DNA of 64,000 nucleotides. Source: Bacteroidota bacterium. Its GTDB lineage: Bacteria > Bacteroidota > Bacteroidia > JABDFU01. This document shows positions 8,684-18,541 of the stretch, piece by piece. The stretch covers positions 1,629 to 65,628 of the forward strand of contig JABDEY010000002.1 of NCBI GenBank assembly GCA_013286805.1, given 5' to 3'. Numbering within the stretch: position 1 is the first letter of the stretch; each line of letters starts with the position of its first letter. The notes under the pieces are model-generated. The model had not been told where the DNA came from. It did not search any database and was given only the letters and a program-made list of their open reading frames with translations. A program made the position numbers and the translations under genes.

Positions 8684-10414
8684 CTAGTTAACCAATCCTT
8701 TAAAATCCGCGTTATCCTTTAGTTTCAGGAATTCTGCGTCTGTTTTGGCTTTGTCTTTGTAGGTGGCGTCTTTGCCGATTGCTGTTTTCAGGTTATTGAT
8801 GGCCATGTCAGTTTTTCCTGTGCGGGCTCCGATAATGGCTTTGAGGTAGTAACCGATTGCTGAGTCTTTGTCGTCTGATCCATCAATTACTGCTGCTGCT
8901 GCATCGGGGCTTCCGTTGAGAACTTTGGCCAGAGCCATGTTGAATGTTCCGAAACTTCCGAAATTGGATACGGAGCTGGCGTAGTTCCCATTCATGATGT
9001 CTACTATGCCCATGTTATAGTTAACTTCAGCTCCTGCACCTGCTGCGGCTTTGTAAAGTTCCATTGCTTTTTTGCGGTCACCTTTCCAGCGTGCTATGAT
9101 GCCCTGATTGTTTTTTACAATGGGGCTTTTCCCATCTGCCGCCGCTGCTTTGTTGAACTGAGATTCGGCGTCTGCCATTTTATTTTGCATGAGGAAAATG
9201 CAGCCGGCGTTATTTATTGCTCTGAAGTCGGTCGGATAAAGGCGTTCCCCTGCTTTGTAAATGGCAAGGCGTGCGCTCATGTCTTTTGTCAGGTTGGCTC
9301 CTGCGTAAAGTAATTCTTCTACTGAAAGACTGTCTGGCATTGTGGTGGTTAATTTCAAAATTTCGTCATCGCTTCTGCTTTTCATATCTCCCGTTAAGGT
9401 GATCATGGACCTTCTCAGTTTTGGTAGAATGTCTTCTACCTCCTGAAATGATTTGGAAACGTTACGGATTTCTTTTTCGCGTTGATCAAGGTCCGAATAC
9501 ATGGTTAACACACGGAGGATCAGGTCTTTATCCTTAATACTGGATGCTTCCATCATTGATTTAAAACCATCCCAGTCTTCTCCTTTTCCTACTTTGGTAT
9601 AGAATTCTTCTTTTTCGCCTGCTTCAAATTTGCATTTCTTTTCTTTGAATAAGCCCATCAATGCTTTGGAAGCGGTGTTTGCCCGGTCGTTCGCCAGATT
9701 TGTATTCTTGGCCAATTCTCCGTCTGGTGAAGCATAAGCGCTGATGCTTGCATTCTTCAGGTCGTATCCTTTTGCAACGGCCTTCTCTACAAATTCCTTG
9801 AATGGTTTCATGTCTTTACTGTCCATTTCTCCAGGACGTACTACATCAGAACTAATGGTATAATAAATGACAGAATTGGCTGATATTGGAACTGTCTTGA
9901 CAAAGGCATCTTTGCCCATGATGGATTTCTCATCGCTTTTCACAAGGTAGGGCGTAACGATTGTTCCGTCTGCAATTTTTACTGCCGGAAAATCTTTTGT
10001 CTTTTTCTTAACGGCTCCGCTTATTTTCAACTCAACTGTTGCGCTTTCCATTCCTTTTACAAATGCTGTACGATCCGAATAGGAGAAACTTCCTCCAGCT
10101 TCCTGTGCTACTTTGGTTCCTGTGCCTTCTGCTTTCTCACCAATAACTGTAACTGACTTCAGGGCTTTTTCACCTCCTGCATACTTAATAGTTGGGGTAA
10201 TGGTGACGGTTGCTTTCTTGTCAAAATATTTTGCGGGATACTTGCCGGCTATTGTAACAGCTACCGTATCTCCATTCATTTCTATAGGATTCGGGGTAAC
10301 GGTATAAGTAACAGTTTTGGCATTTTTTACCATTTTGCCTAATCCATCACAGGCTGTAAACCCAATGGCTGCAAAAGCTGCAAGTCCCAGAATTTGTAAA
10401 TTCTTATTTTTCAT
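8684..10414 (-). CDS. Conserved Bacteroidota TPR lipoprotein with an OmpA-like central region
   Basis: Lipobox FTAC; ISAYASPDGELAKNTNLANDRA (OmpA-like); GEDWDGF; C-terminal TPR helices. Confidence 0.8.
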   Translation of the reverse strand: MKNKNLQILGLAAFAAIGFTACDGLGKMVKNAKTVTYTVTPNPIEMNGDTVAVTIAGKYPAKYFDKKATVTITPTIKYAGGEKALKSVTVIGEKAEGTGTKVAQEAGGSFSYSDRTAFVKGMESATVELKISGAVKKKTKDFPAVKIADGTIVTPYLVKSDEKSIMGKDAFVKTVPISANSVIYYTISSDVVRPGEMDSKDMKPFKEFVEKAVAKGYDLKNASISAYASPDGELAKNTNLANDRANTASKALMGLFKEKKCKFEAGEKEEFYTKVGKGEDWDGFKSMMEASSIKDKDLILRVLTMYSDLDQREKEIRNVSKSFQEVEDILPKLRRSMITLTGDMKSRSDDEILKLTTTMPDSLSVEELLYAGANLTKDMSARLAIYKAGERLYPTDFRAINNAGCIFLMQNKMADAESQFNKAAAADGKSPIVKNNQGIIARWKGDRKKAMELYKAAAGAGAEVNYNMGIVDIMNGNYASSVSNFGSFGTFNMALAKVLNGSPDAAAAVIDGSDDKDSAIGYYLKAIIGARTGKTDMAINNLKTAIGKDATYKDKAKTDAEFLKLKDNADFKGLVN

Positions 10415-10461
10415 CAGAAAGTAATTTTATTGTTTGGTTTTGGTTTGTCCTTTGGACGGTG

Positions 10462-10469
10462 CAAAAGTA
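10462..10469 (-). promoter_or_regulatory. Bacteroidota housekeeping-sigma -7 element (TACTTTTG)
   Basis: Exact TAnnTTTG match about 48 nt upstream of the ATG at 10414. Confidence 0.6.
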
Positions 10470-10483
10470 GCATTTTTTTTAAA

Positions 10484-10972
10484 TTAGCTAATAATTGTGG
10501 CTGCTAATTGATCCCTGCAGTTTTTGGCCAGTTGTTCAATGTTTTTGCCAATAACGGGGTGAATGTGTTCCGGAGCCAGTTCCAACATTGGCTTTAGGGC
10601 AAAATTTCGTTCATGCAGACGGGGGTGGGGTATCGTCAACAGGTCAATTGCAAGGCTAATATTATCATAAAAAAGAATGTCAATATCAATCAGGCGGGGA
10701 GCAAATTGTTCATCCTCGAGGCGTTTACGTCCCATCAGGCGTTCAATGGATTGCAATTCATGCATAAGCAATTCGGGCTCAAGCAAGGTGTCAATTAACA
10801 CTGCCTGATTAAAAAAGGATTGCTGATTGGGGTTGCCCCAAGGGGCTGTATCATAAACAGAAGATTGTTTAACAACCTTTCCGGCATAATTTTCAATATG
10901 AATTAAAGCGTCTATCAGATTCTGGCGACGATTATCAATGTTTGATCCAATTAGTAAATATGCCTTTTTCAT
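10484..10972 (-). CDS. folK: 2-amino-4-hydroxy-6-hydroxymethyldihydropteridine diphosphokinase
   Basis: AYLLIGSN, SSVYDTAPWG, PRLIDIDILFY, LTIPHPRLHERNFAL. Confidence 0.96.
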   Translation of the reverse strand: MKKAYLLIGSNIDNRRQNLIDALIHIENYAGKVVKQSSVYDTAPWGNPNQQSFFNQAVLIDTLLEPELLMHELQSIERLMGRKRLEDEQFAPRLIDIDILFYDNISLAIDLLTIPHPRLHERNFALKPMLELAPEHIHPVIGKNIEQLAKNCRDQLAATIIS

Positions 10973-11053
10973 AGGGCGTTAAATAACAAAAAAAAGTCTT
11001 TAAGGGCAAACTTTTTTATGAGTAGTTTTACCCAATATTAAAAACAATTACCC

Positions 11054-12823
11054 ATGAAACAATTTTTTAAATACGTTTTGGCAACCATGACGGGTTTGCT
11101 TTTTGCCTTCATTCTGTCGGTGATCCTTCTCATTGTAATTTGCATGGGTATAGTTGGGGCTTCCTCCAAAGAAAAAACCTTTAAGGTAAAGGCTAATTCT
11201 TTGCTTCACCTGAAATTTACTTCTCCAATACCTGAGCGTACTCCAACTAATCCGTTTAAGGATTTTAATTTTTCTTCTTTTTCCGGCAATAAGGAGGTTG
11301 GATTAAATGATATTCTGGAAAATATAAAGAAAGCAGAAACGGATGCAGACATTAAAGGTATTTATATGGACATGAGCAGTGTTCCGGCAGGTGTTGCAAC
11401 CATAGAGGAAATCAGGAATGCCCTGATTGCATTTAAGAGTTCAGGGAAATTTATCCTTTCTTATAGTGAGGGGTATACGCAGGGGGCTTATTATTTATCA
11501 AGTGTGGCCGACAAAATCTATCTGAACCCTCAGGGCAATATGGATTGGAAGGGATTAAGCGCTCAGATTATGTTCTTTAAAGGGGCTTTAGAGAAGCTGG
11601 AAATTACTGCTCAGATTTTCCGTCACGGGAAATTTAAAAGTGCTATTGAGCCTTTTGATCTGGATAAGATGAGTAAGGCAAACCGCCTGCAAACAATGAG
11701 TTATGTGGGGGCTATCTGGAATCATATTTTAGAGGGCATTTCCAAATCAAGGGGTATAACAGTGGAGGAATTGAACAGGATGGCTGATGAATTGGCTCTG
11801 AGAACTCCGGAAGATGCGGTGCAATTTAAACTTGTGGATGGACTGAAATACAAAGATGAAATCATTGCTGAACTGAAGAGTAAGCTCGGTTTGGCTGAAA
11901 AGGATAAACTTAATACAGTGGAGATGGATGAATACGTGCGTACTCCGAACAAAGAAAAGAAGAAGGGCAAAGATAAAATCGCCATCATTTATGCGGTGGG
12001 AACAATTCAAGGCGGAGAAGGAGATGAGGAGACCATTGGTTCTGAACGTATTTCCAAAGCGTTAAGGGAGGCTCGTCTGGACAGCACAGTTAAAGCAATT
12101 GTATTCAGAGTGAATTCTCCCGGGGGCAGTGCCCTTGCATCTGATGTGATCTGGCGTGAAGCCATGCTGGCTGAGAAGGTGAAACCTTTCATTGTTTCTA
12201 TGGGTGATGTTGCTGCCTCCGGAGGGTATTATATTTCCTGTGCGGCAGATGTTATCGTGGCGCAGCCCAATACGATTACAGGATCCATTGGTGTGTTCGG
12301 GTTACTGCCTAATGCCCAGAAATTTTTTAACAATAAACTGGGAATTACAATTGATACTGCCAATACAAATAAGCATTCCGATATGGGAAATATATTCCGC
12401 CCTGTAAGTCCGGTGGAGGGCAAATTTGTTCAGCAAAGTGTCGAACATATTTATGATATTTTTATCGGTAAGGTTGCGGATGGCCGTAAAAAGTCAAAGG
12501 CAGACATCGACAGTATTGGCCAGGGGAGAGTATGGAGCGGGGTAGATGCTAAAAAGATTGGCCTGGTGGATGAACTGGGTGGAATAAAAGAAGCTGTAAA
12601 AATTGCTGCTGCCAGGGCTAAACTGGATAAATATAAAATTGTTGAACTGCCTAAGCAAAAGGATTTTCTGGAATCTTTGATGAAAGAGATATCTGAGGAT
12701 GCTGAAACCAAGGTGTTGAAAAGGGAATTAGGAATCAACTTTGAATACTATAAGCATTTCAAAGAGATGACAAGCATGGAGGGGGTTCAGGCGAGGATGG
12801 GGTATGATGTGGTCCTTTATTGA
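11054..12823 (+). CDS. sppA: Signal peptide peptidase SppA (67-kDa type)
   Basis: N-terminal TM; GKFKSAIEPF; RVNSPGGSA; SMGDVAASGGYYIS; TITGSIGVFG; QGRVWSG. Confidence 0.96.
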   Translation: MKQFFKYVLATMTGLLFAFILSVILLIVICMGIVGASSKEKTFKVKANSLLHLKFTSPIPERTPTNPFKDFNFSSFSGNKEVGLNDILENIKKAETDADIKGIYMDMSSVPAGVATIEEIRNALIAFKSSGKFILSYSEGYTQGAYYLSSVADKIYLNPQGNMDWKGLSAQIMFFKGALEKLEITAQIFRHGKFKSAIEPFDLDKMSKANRLQTMSYVGAIWNHILEGISKSRGITVEELNRMADELALRTPEDAVQFKLVDGLKYKDEIIAELKSKLGLAEKDKLNTVEMDEYVRTPNKEKKKGKDKIAIIYAVGTIQGGEGDEETIGSERISKALREARLDSTVKAIVFRVNSPGGSALASDVIWREAMLAEKVKPFIVSMGDVAASGGYYISCAADVIVAQPNTITGSIGVFGLLPNAQKFFNNKLGITIDTANTNKHSDMGNIFRPVSPVEGKFVQQSVEHIYDIFIGKVADGRKKSKADIDSIGQGRVWSGVDAKKIGLVDELGGIKEAVKIAAARAKLDKYKIVELPKQKDFLESLMKEISEDAETKVLKRELGINFEYYKHFKEMTSMEGVQARMGYDVVLY

Positions 12824-12825
12824 GC

Positions 12826-13506
12826 ATGAAAATTGGGCTGTTTTTTGGTTCGTTTAACCCTGTGCATATAGGCCATATGGCGATTGCCAATTACCTGGTT
12901 GAATTTACTGATTTAAAGCAAGTTTGGTTTGTGGTGTCTCCGCATAATCCTTTGAAGGAAAAAAAATCCCTGCTTGCTGATTATCACCGCCTGCGATTGG
13001 TGCAAGAAGCGATTGGAGATGACGGGCGATTTAAGGCCAGTGATATAGAGTTTAATATGCCGCAACCTTCTTATACAATCAATACGCTGACTTATCTAAA
13101 GGAAAAATACCCGGGCAAAGAGTTTGGGCTGATTATTGGCTCCGATAATCTTTTGACTTTTCACAAGTGGAAGAATCACGAGGAGATTCTAAAACAGGTG
13201 GACTTGTATGTTTATCCCCGGATAATTGCTGCTGAGGGTGGCAATAAGGAACAGGATCGAGGCGGCACTCTAAAATCCGGCGGGAATGAAGCCGGGAAAT
13301 CTGAAGTTCCAAAGAAACTTATTCCTGCAATTCTGCCGGGGACCGCAAAGATTAATTTTGCAGATGCTCCTGTCATGGAGATATCCTCCACGTTTATCCG
13401 TGATGCTATTTTTGCCAAAAAGGATGTGAGGCATTTTCTGCCAGAAGCGGTGTTCTGTTATATTAAGGAGATGCATTTTTATGAAAAGCCAGTGAAAAGG
13501 GGCTAA
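12826..13506 (+). CDS. nadD: Nicotinate-nucleotide adenylyltransferase (with a ~30-aa low-complexity insertion)
   Basis: GLFFGSFNPVHIGH, SPHNPLK, PSYTINTL, IIGSDN, EISSTFIR. Confidence 0.95.
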   Translation: MKIGLFFGSFNPVHIGHMAIANYLVEFTDLKQVWFVVSPHNPLKEKKSLLADYHRLRLVQEAIGDDGRFKASDIEFNMPQPSYTINTLTYLKEKYPGKEFGLIIGSDNLLTFHKWKNHEEILKQVDLYVYPRIIAAEGGNKEQDRGGTLKSGGNEAGKSEVPKKLIPAILPGTAKINFADAPVMEISSTFIRDAIFAKKDVRHFLPEAVFCYIKEMHFYEKPVKRG

Positions 13507-13538
13507 CCCATCATTTGTATTAAAAAAACAGCAAATTC

Positions 13539-13567
13539 ACCCAACCTTACTGTTTCCAGTTTCGTGT
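13539..13567 (+). promoter_or_regulatory. Putative ECF sigma promoter, copy 1 (autoregulatory)
   Basis: ACCCAACCTT-N12-TTCGTGT: -35 AAC and -10 CGT cores; same motif and spacing at 16816. Confidence 0.7.
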
Positions 13568-13607
13568 ATATTTAGTGTAGGAAGGATTCAGTTTACCTTG
13601 CTCTTAG

Positions 13608-14168
13608 ATGATTATAGAGTCGGATCTCATAACAGCCTGCATTAAGCGTGAGCGCAAGGCAGAATTTGAAATGTATCGTTTGACATATGGGTACCTTATG
13701 GGAATTTGTTACCGATATGTCAACTCCCGTGAGGAAGCACAGGAACTGCTTAATATTGGATTTTTGAAAATCCTTGGTAATCTTGAAAAATACCGTCTTG
13801 AAGTTCCATTCAAATCCTGGATCAGGAAGGTAATGATTAATTGCATTATTGATGAATACCGAAAGGAAAAGAGAAACAGTGAGCATATTGAGTATGTGGA
13901 AGAGTATTATGAGTCGGGAAGTTTTTCGGACGTAAATAATGCTTTGCAAAAAATGAATGTGGAGCAAATTCATGCGCTTATAGTTAAACTTCCACCAGTA
14001 AGTCAAAAGGTTTTTAATCTTTTTGCCATTGACGGGTATTCTCATAAAGAAATTGCAGGTATGCTGAATATTGCTGAAGGGACTTCTAAGTGGCATTTGA
14101 ATTTTGCCAGAAATAAACTGAAAGAAATGATCAGTCATATCGTTTCTCCAATACGTGTTGTGGCATGA
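13608..14168 (+). CDS. ECF RNA polymerase sigma-70 factor
   Basis: Region 2 (EAQELLNIGFLKI...FKSWIRKVMINCIID) and region 4 (VFNLFAIDGYSHKEIAGMLNIAEGTSKWHL). Confidence 0.95.
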   Translation: MIIESDLITACIKRERKAEFEMYRLTYGYLMGICYRYVNSREEAQELLNIGFLKILGNLEKYRLEVPFKSWIRKVMINCIIDEYRKEKRNSEHIEYVEEYYESGSFSDVNNALQKMNVEQIHALIVKLPPVSQKVFNLFAIDGYSHKEIAGMLNIAEGTSKWHLNFARNKLKEMISHIVSPIRVVA

Positions 14169-15628
14169 GTGAGGAAGAAAGGTTTGATGAAATAATCCGC
14201 TCCCGGTTTTCCGGGGAAGAGTTTTCGTTTAGTGAAGAGAACTGGGAGAAAGCAGAACGGAATCTGGATTCAGTAAGAAGGCGAAAAAAAATCGCCTCAT
14301 TTAGTCTTGTATTCATAGGTGGACTTATTGTGGGGATTATACTGATGATACCCTTTATAAAACCTGTAAAACCAATTGATGGTGGAAGTATTACTCAGAT
14401 TACCGGGTCTGGTAAAGAAGTTGTTCCTGTTCCGAATAATGAATCTGTCGCCTCGGTTGAGAATGATGAAACGAAGGTTGTAGATCCTGCTTCTGTCAGA
14501 AATAGGGAGGATGTGGGTGTGTCTGCAGGTATTCGAAATGACAGTAAGCAGGAAGATAAGCAGGAAAAACTGACACAAAAGGAGCATGCTTCTGTTTCAA
14601 ACCAATTGAAAAAAGGCACAACTCCAGCTTTAACTTTGGTCAAGGGAAAAGACGAAAAGAACGGCTTATCTGATTCCTCTGAATTAAGCCATCACGACCC
14701 CTCTGTTTTAATTTCAATGGATCTTAGAGAGAAAATTTCAAATGAAATTGTGAATGAAACTGTGAATGAAACTGCCAATGAAACTGTGAATGAAACTGCC
14801 AATGAAACTGTTAAAGAAAGGAAAATAATCAATCTTCAACGCACCATAGATTCCTTGTCTGAATTAATTGCTTCCCGGAATGCTTTAGACAGTCTCAGAT
14901 CCAGGAAGGATTCTTCAGAATCCAAATTGTCTGTCAGCGCTGCAGTTTCCAAAAACCCTGCAGGTGTTTCGGCTAAAGATACTTTATCTGCTTCCAAATC
15001 AGTGTTAAGGGCCAATCATTTGTTCCTTGAGGCTGGGACTTTCTATAATTCCGGGTGGCATTATGGAGCTATACGTGAAGCTCAGGGCTTTAATCCTGTT
15101 ATTGGTATAGGTTTAACACATTTGTTCGATCAAAAGTGGTCCCTTTCTGCAAGTGTGCATTACAAGAGCATTGGGTATTTGACGGTTAGTTCGAAAACCT
15201 ATTTCTCTTCAACCCCTGATTTTGGGTCGGATATCGTGGAGTTGATTATTGATACTAAAATACTACACTATGCAGTTGTTCCGGTTTTTGTAAACTATCA
15301 TTTTAATGCTGATAACTGGATTGGGATTGGTGGGTCTTTATCCTACCTTCTAACCGCTACTGGCGAGATTTCCACTAACACAAGTGTTGATTTCAAAAAT
15401 CCGGTTCAAACTGAGAAAACTGCAATTGGCTATACTCAGGGATTTAATCTCTGGGATGCCTCCCTTGCTATTTCATACAAAAGGAGGATTGTTAAAAGAT
15501 TACTCATTTCTGCTGAGGCGCATTATGGTTTAATGGATATCAAGGACAATGTTTTCTTTTCGCAACAGAACTTTGAAAGAAGTTCCGGAATCGAATTGTT
15601 GATTTCGTATGATTTATTTAAACCCTGA
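14165..15628 (+). CDS. Putative dual-membrane-spanning anti-sigma factor (cytoplasmic N-terminus, TM helix, low-complexity tether, C-terminal OM beta-barrel)
   Basis: ATGA overlap with the ECF gene; FDEIIR...ENWEK; RRRKK followed by a hydrophobic helix; ~220-aa S/E/K-rich linker; amphipathic beta-strands ending IELLISYDLF. Confidence 0.78.
   Translation: MSEEERFDEIIRSRFSGEEFSFSEENWEKAERNLDSVRRRKKIASFSLVFIGGLIVGIILMIPFIKPVKPIDGGSITQITGSGKEVVPVPNNESVASVENDETKVVDPASVRNREDVGVSAGIRNDSKQEDKQEKLTQKEHASVSNQLKKGTTPALTLVKGKDEKNGLSDSSELSHHDPSVLISMDLREKISNEIVNETVNETANETVNETANETVKERKIINLQRTIDSLSELIASRNALDSLRSRKDSSESKLSVSAAVSKNPAGVSAKDTLSASKSVLRANHLFLEAGTFYNSGWHYGAIREAQGFNPVIGIGLTHLFDQKWSLSASVHYKSIGYLTVSSKTYFSSTPDFGSDIVELIIDTKILHYAVVPVFVNYHFNADNWIGIGGSLSYLLTATGEISTNTSVDFKNPVQTEKTAIGYTQGFNLWDASLAISYKRRIVKRLLISAEAHYGLMDIKDNVFFSQQNFERSSGIELLISYDLFKP
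14741..14812 (+). repeat. In-frame 12-bp tandem repeat x6 (NEIV/NETV/NETA)
   Basis: aatgaaattgtg aatgaaactgtg aatgaaactgcc aatgaaactgtg aatgaaactgcc aatgaaactgtt. Confidence 0.95.
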
Positions 15629-15654
15629 TGCTGATGATTTATTTAAACCCTGAT
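15609..15654 (+). repeat. 21-bp direct repeat (25-bp period) spanning the anti-sigma stop codon
   Basis: ATGATTTATTTAAACCCTGAT at 15609-15629 and 15634-15654. Confidence 0.9.
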
Positions 15655-15677
15655 TTCGTTGAAATAGTTTTATACCT

Positions 15678-16802
15678 ATGAAAATTATCCGGATAATTAT
15701 TCTTTTTGTGACTGGAGGTATGGTAGTTGTTTCCTGTAAAAGACAATCCCCTCCATCTCCTGCTCCGTTTGTTCCTGAATTTACATTCAGCGGAGTCGTT
15801 AATGGAAGTCAGTCGAATCTGCAGGCCGGTGTTAATAATTATTATATGTTCACAAACTGTTCTTTAAATCCAAACGGAGTATATGCTTTTCAGGGAGAGT
15901 TCAGGGATAAGACCTGTTCAGCCGGCAATTGCCCGAATACTTTAAAAATTACGATTCAGGATTATCGTGCATATTCTCCTCTTCCCACGACAACTGACAG
16001 TTCGCTTGTTACAGGTTATTATTCTATTGCTACTGTCAGCGGGGCGTCTTCCAGATATACTGTTCAGTTTTTTGACAGTTTATACAATGGGACTGCACAG
16101 TCTTATCTTTGGAATTTCGGTGATGGTTCTTCCTCTTCTCTTGACAGACCAACACATTTATATGCTCATCCTGGTATCTATAGTGTGAGTCTTTTTGTTC
16201 AATCAACCGGTTCCGGATCTTCTTCACTTTCCAATTATACTGCAATTGGGCAATCAGGTAATCCTATTCTGGTTGCATTTGGAGGAACTGCCTCCGGAAA
16301 TGTTGTGAATTTTGCGAGCAGTGTTGGGGGAGGAGTTCCGCCCTATACCTATAACTGGAATTTTGGAGATGGTGCTTCTGCAATTACTACCGGAGGTACA
16401 TCTATCCATACCTATTCCGGACCGGGAGTTTACCCTGGACAACTTTCTATTACGGACGCCAGCAATACCAAAGTGGTGAGTTATGCCAATATTGCAACTA
16501 ACCCTGCATCGGGTTGTTACCTGAATTTTTATCCCAAAGTCACAACGCCGGTACCTAACAGTTCTAATCTTGCCAATGTCACGCTGGAATGGTGCGATGG
16601 AAGTGGTGTCTGGTGGACATCAACAAATAACAACCAACCAGTTACAAGTATGTTCCAGGTGCTTTCTGTTGATAATTATCAGAATAATGTCAGTGGGCAG
16701 CCTACAAAAAAACTTCATGCAAGGATATCCTGTACACTGTATAATGGAACTAACAGTATACTTTTATCCGGTGATGCCGTTTTTTCTGTAGCCCATTTAT
16801 AA
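15678..16802 (+). CDS. PKD-domain lipoprotein
   Basis: Lipobox VVSC; two PKD motifs (YLWNFGDG...PTHLYAHPGIYSVSL; YNWNFGDG...HTYSGPGVY). Confidence 0.85.
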   Translation: MKIIRIIILFVTGGMVVVSCKRQSPPSPAPFVPEFTFSGVVNGSQSNLQAGVNNYYMFTNCSLNPNGVYAFQGEFRDKTCSAGNCPNTLKITIQDYRAYSPLPTTTDSSLVTGYYSIATVSGASSRYTVQFFDSLYNGTAQSYLWNFGDGSSSSLDRPTHLYAHPGIYSVSLFVQSTGSGSSSLSNYTAIGQSGNPILVAFGGTASGNVVNFASSVGGGVPPYTYNWNFGDGASAITTGGTSIHTYSGPGVYPGQLSITDASNTKVVSYANIATNPASGCYLNFYPKVTTPVPNSSNLANVTLEWCDGSGVWWTSTNNNQPVTSMFQVLSVDNYQNNVSGQPTKKLHARISCTLYNGTNSILLSGDAVFSVAHL

Positions 16803-16815
16803 ATTTATCTTCCGA

Positions 16816-16844
16816 ACCCAACCTTTACCTGTTTTCCTTCGTGT
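16816..16844 (+). promoter_or_regulatory. Putative ECF sigma promoter, copy 2
   Basis: ACCCAACCTT-N12-TTCGTGT, about 43 nt upstream of ATG 16887. Confidence 0.7.
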
Positions 16845-16886
16845 TTACTATCAGATGGGTTTCATTTACGGACCTGGCTAAAAGTA

Positions 16887-18503
16887 ATGGTAAAACGTCT
16901 ACCTGATTTGAAAGTAAGAAAGTTCAGGGCCAGCTGGCAGGACTCCCTTCCGGCAATTATTGCCTTTTTATTAATTGCTGCCCTTGGCCTGCTTTCTGCG
17001 CTGAAAGGTTTTTCCCAACAAACTACTTTCCAAAAAATCATTGGAACCTATGCCTACGATGCACATAAGGTAGTAAAGGGTAACGGGTATGTTTTCGGGG
17101 GCATATCCAGTAAACTTTGGCCACCTAATCAGAGGAACAGCTATGTGGTGAGAACAGATGTGAACTGCGATACATTATGGACCTCCTGCTGGGGTGGAAC
17201 TATTGGCAGTTGTGATCAGCAGTATATAAATGATTTGTCCCCCCTTAGTGATGGAGGAGTGCTTGCAAACGGTGGGAAGGGTGTGTGTGGGGATACAACA
17301 AAAGGAGGTACAATTGCCCGGCTTGATGCAAACGGAAATGTGAAATGGGCCAAATCCTTTTCGCGGAATTGTGATCCATATCCCTGTTTACAAAGCTCGG
17401 ATGGGAATTTTATTTCAGGAGGGTATATATCAGCTGCAGGGACAGGTTTTAATGGCCCCAAAGATGCCTACATGTCAAAAATTGATTCAGCAACCGGAGA
17501 TACAATATGGTCCAGATCATACGGGGGAGCAGGTAATACGAATTGGTTTTACCATATTCTTCAAACTTCCGATGGAGGATACCTGGCTGCCGGAGAAACG
17601 AACAGTTTTGGACAGGGAGGATTGGATATCTACCTGGTTAAAACAGATGCCAACGGAAATCTAATGTGGTCAAAGACCTATGGAACTGCTGCCTTCAGCG
17701 AATCAGCTTTTGGACATTGCCTTCAGGCAACTTCTGATGGAGGATATATTCTGGCTGGGTCATCCGGCGCGACACAGGGAATATTTCTAATGAAAGTGGA
17801 TGCAGGCGGAAACATGAGTTGGGCAAAATATTATGACGGGTCGTATGCACATGCGGTAAGACAAACGCCTGATGGAGGTTATATATTGACTGGTGAAGGG
17901 AAAGGGTACGCGGTTCTTATAAAAACAGATGGAAGCGGAAACGTGCACTGGAGTAAATCTTATGGTGCCGGACAAGAGCAGGGGCTCATTCTGGAACTGG
18001 CAAGTGATGGGGGATATATTGCCGGTGGTACAACTAAAAGCTGGGGTCAGGGGTTATACATCGTAAAAACCGATTCTGTTGGTCATTCCGGTTGCAATGA
18101 AACAAGCCCTGTAATTACCAGTAGTGTTGCTCCTTTTATTGCGGCTACTGCTGCAACACAGGTAACAAAGGGGCCTAATACTGTCAGCTATCCTTTTCTC
18201 TTTGGAAGAGGAGCTACTATAACTAATTTATGTTCGACGGTTGGAGTGCCAGAATTTCCGGCTAACACAAATGCGGGACCAGTTATTGTTTATCCAAATC
18301 CAGGTGCGGGTATGTTTAACCTTAAGGGGGGGCTGAGTTTTCAGTATACTGTTTACACTATTTTAGGCGAACTGGTCTGGTCTTCGAAAGTAGCTACTGA
18401 TCTTTACCAATTGGATTTAAGAGGGTATGCAAATGGGATTTATTTGCTTCGCGGAACGGATGGGCATAACGTGGTGGAACAGAAATTAATAATTGAGAAA
18501 TAG
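16887..18503 (+). CDS. T9SS type A cargo with beta-propeller repeats (QTSDGGY...KTDANGN.MWSKTYG)
   Basis: Signal ending GFSQ; repeated DGGY/WSKxYG blades; VYPNP...GIYLL...QKLIIEK. Confidence 0.82.
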   Translation: MVKRLPDLKVRKFRASWQDSLPAIIAFLLIAALGLLSALKGFSQQTTFQKIIGTYAYDAHKVVKGNGYVFGGISSKLWPPNQRNSYVVRTDVNCDTLWTSCWGGTIGSCDQQYINDLSPLSDGGVLANGGKGVCGDTTKGGTIARLDANGNVKWAKSFSRNCDPYPCLQSSDGNFISGGYISAAGTGFNGPKDAYMSKIDSATGDTIWSRSYGGAGNTNWFYHILQTSDGGYLAAGETNSFGQGGLDIYLVKTDANGNLMWSKTYGTAAFSESAFGHCLQATSDGGYILAGSSGATQGIFLMKVDAGGNMSWAKYYDGSYAHAVRQTPDGGYILTGEGKGYAVLIKTDGSGNVHWSKSYGAGQEQGLILELASDGGYIAGGTTKSWGQGLYIVKTDSVGHSGCNETSPVITSSVAPFIAATAATQVTKGPNTVSYPFLFGRGATITNLCSTVGVPEFPANTNAGPVIVYPNPGAGMFNLKGGLSFQYTVYTILGELVWSSKVATDLYQLDLRGYANGIYLLRGTDGHNVVEQKLIIEK

Positions 18504-18541
18504 TATTTTTTACTTTTTTTTGGCACTCTGAAGATGACACT

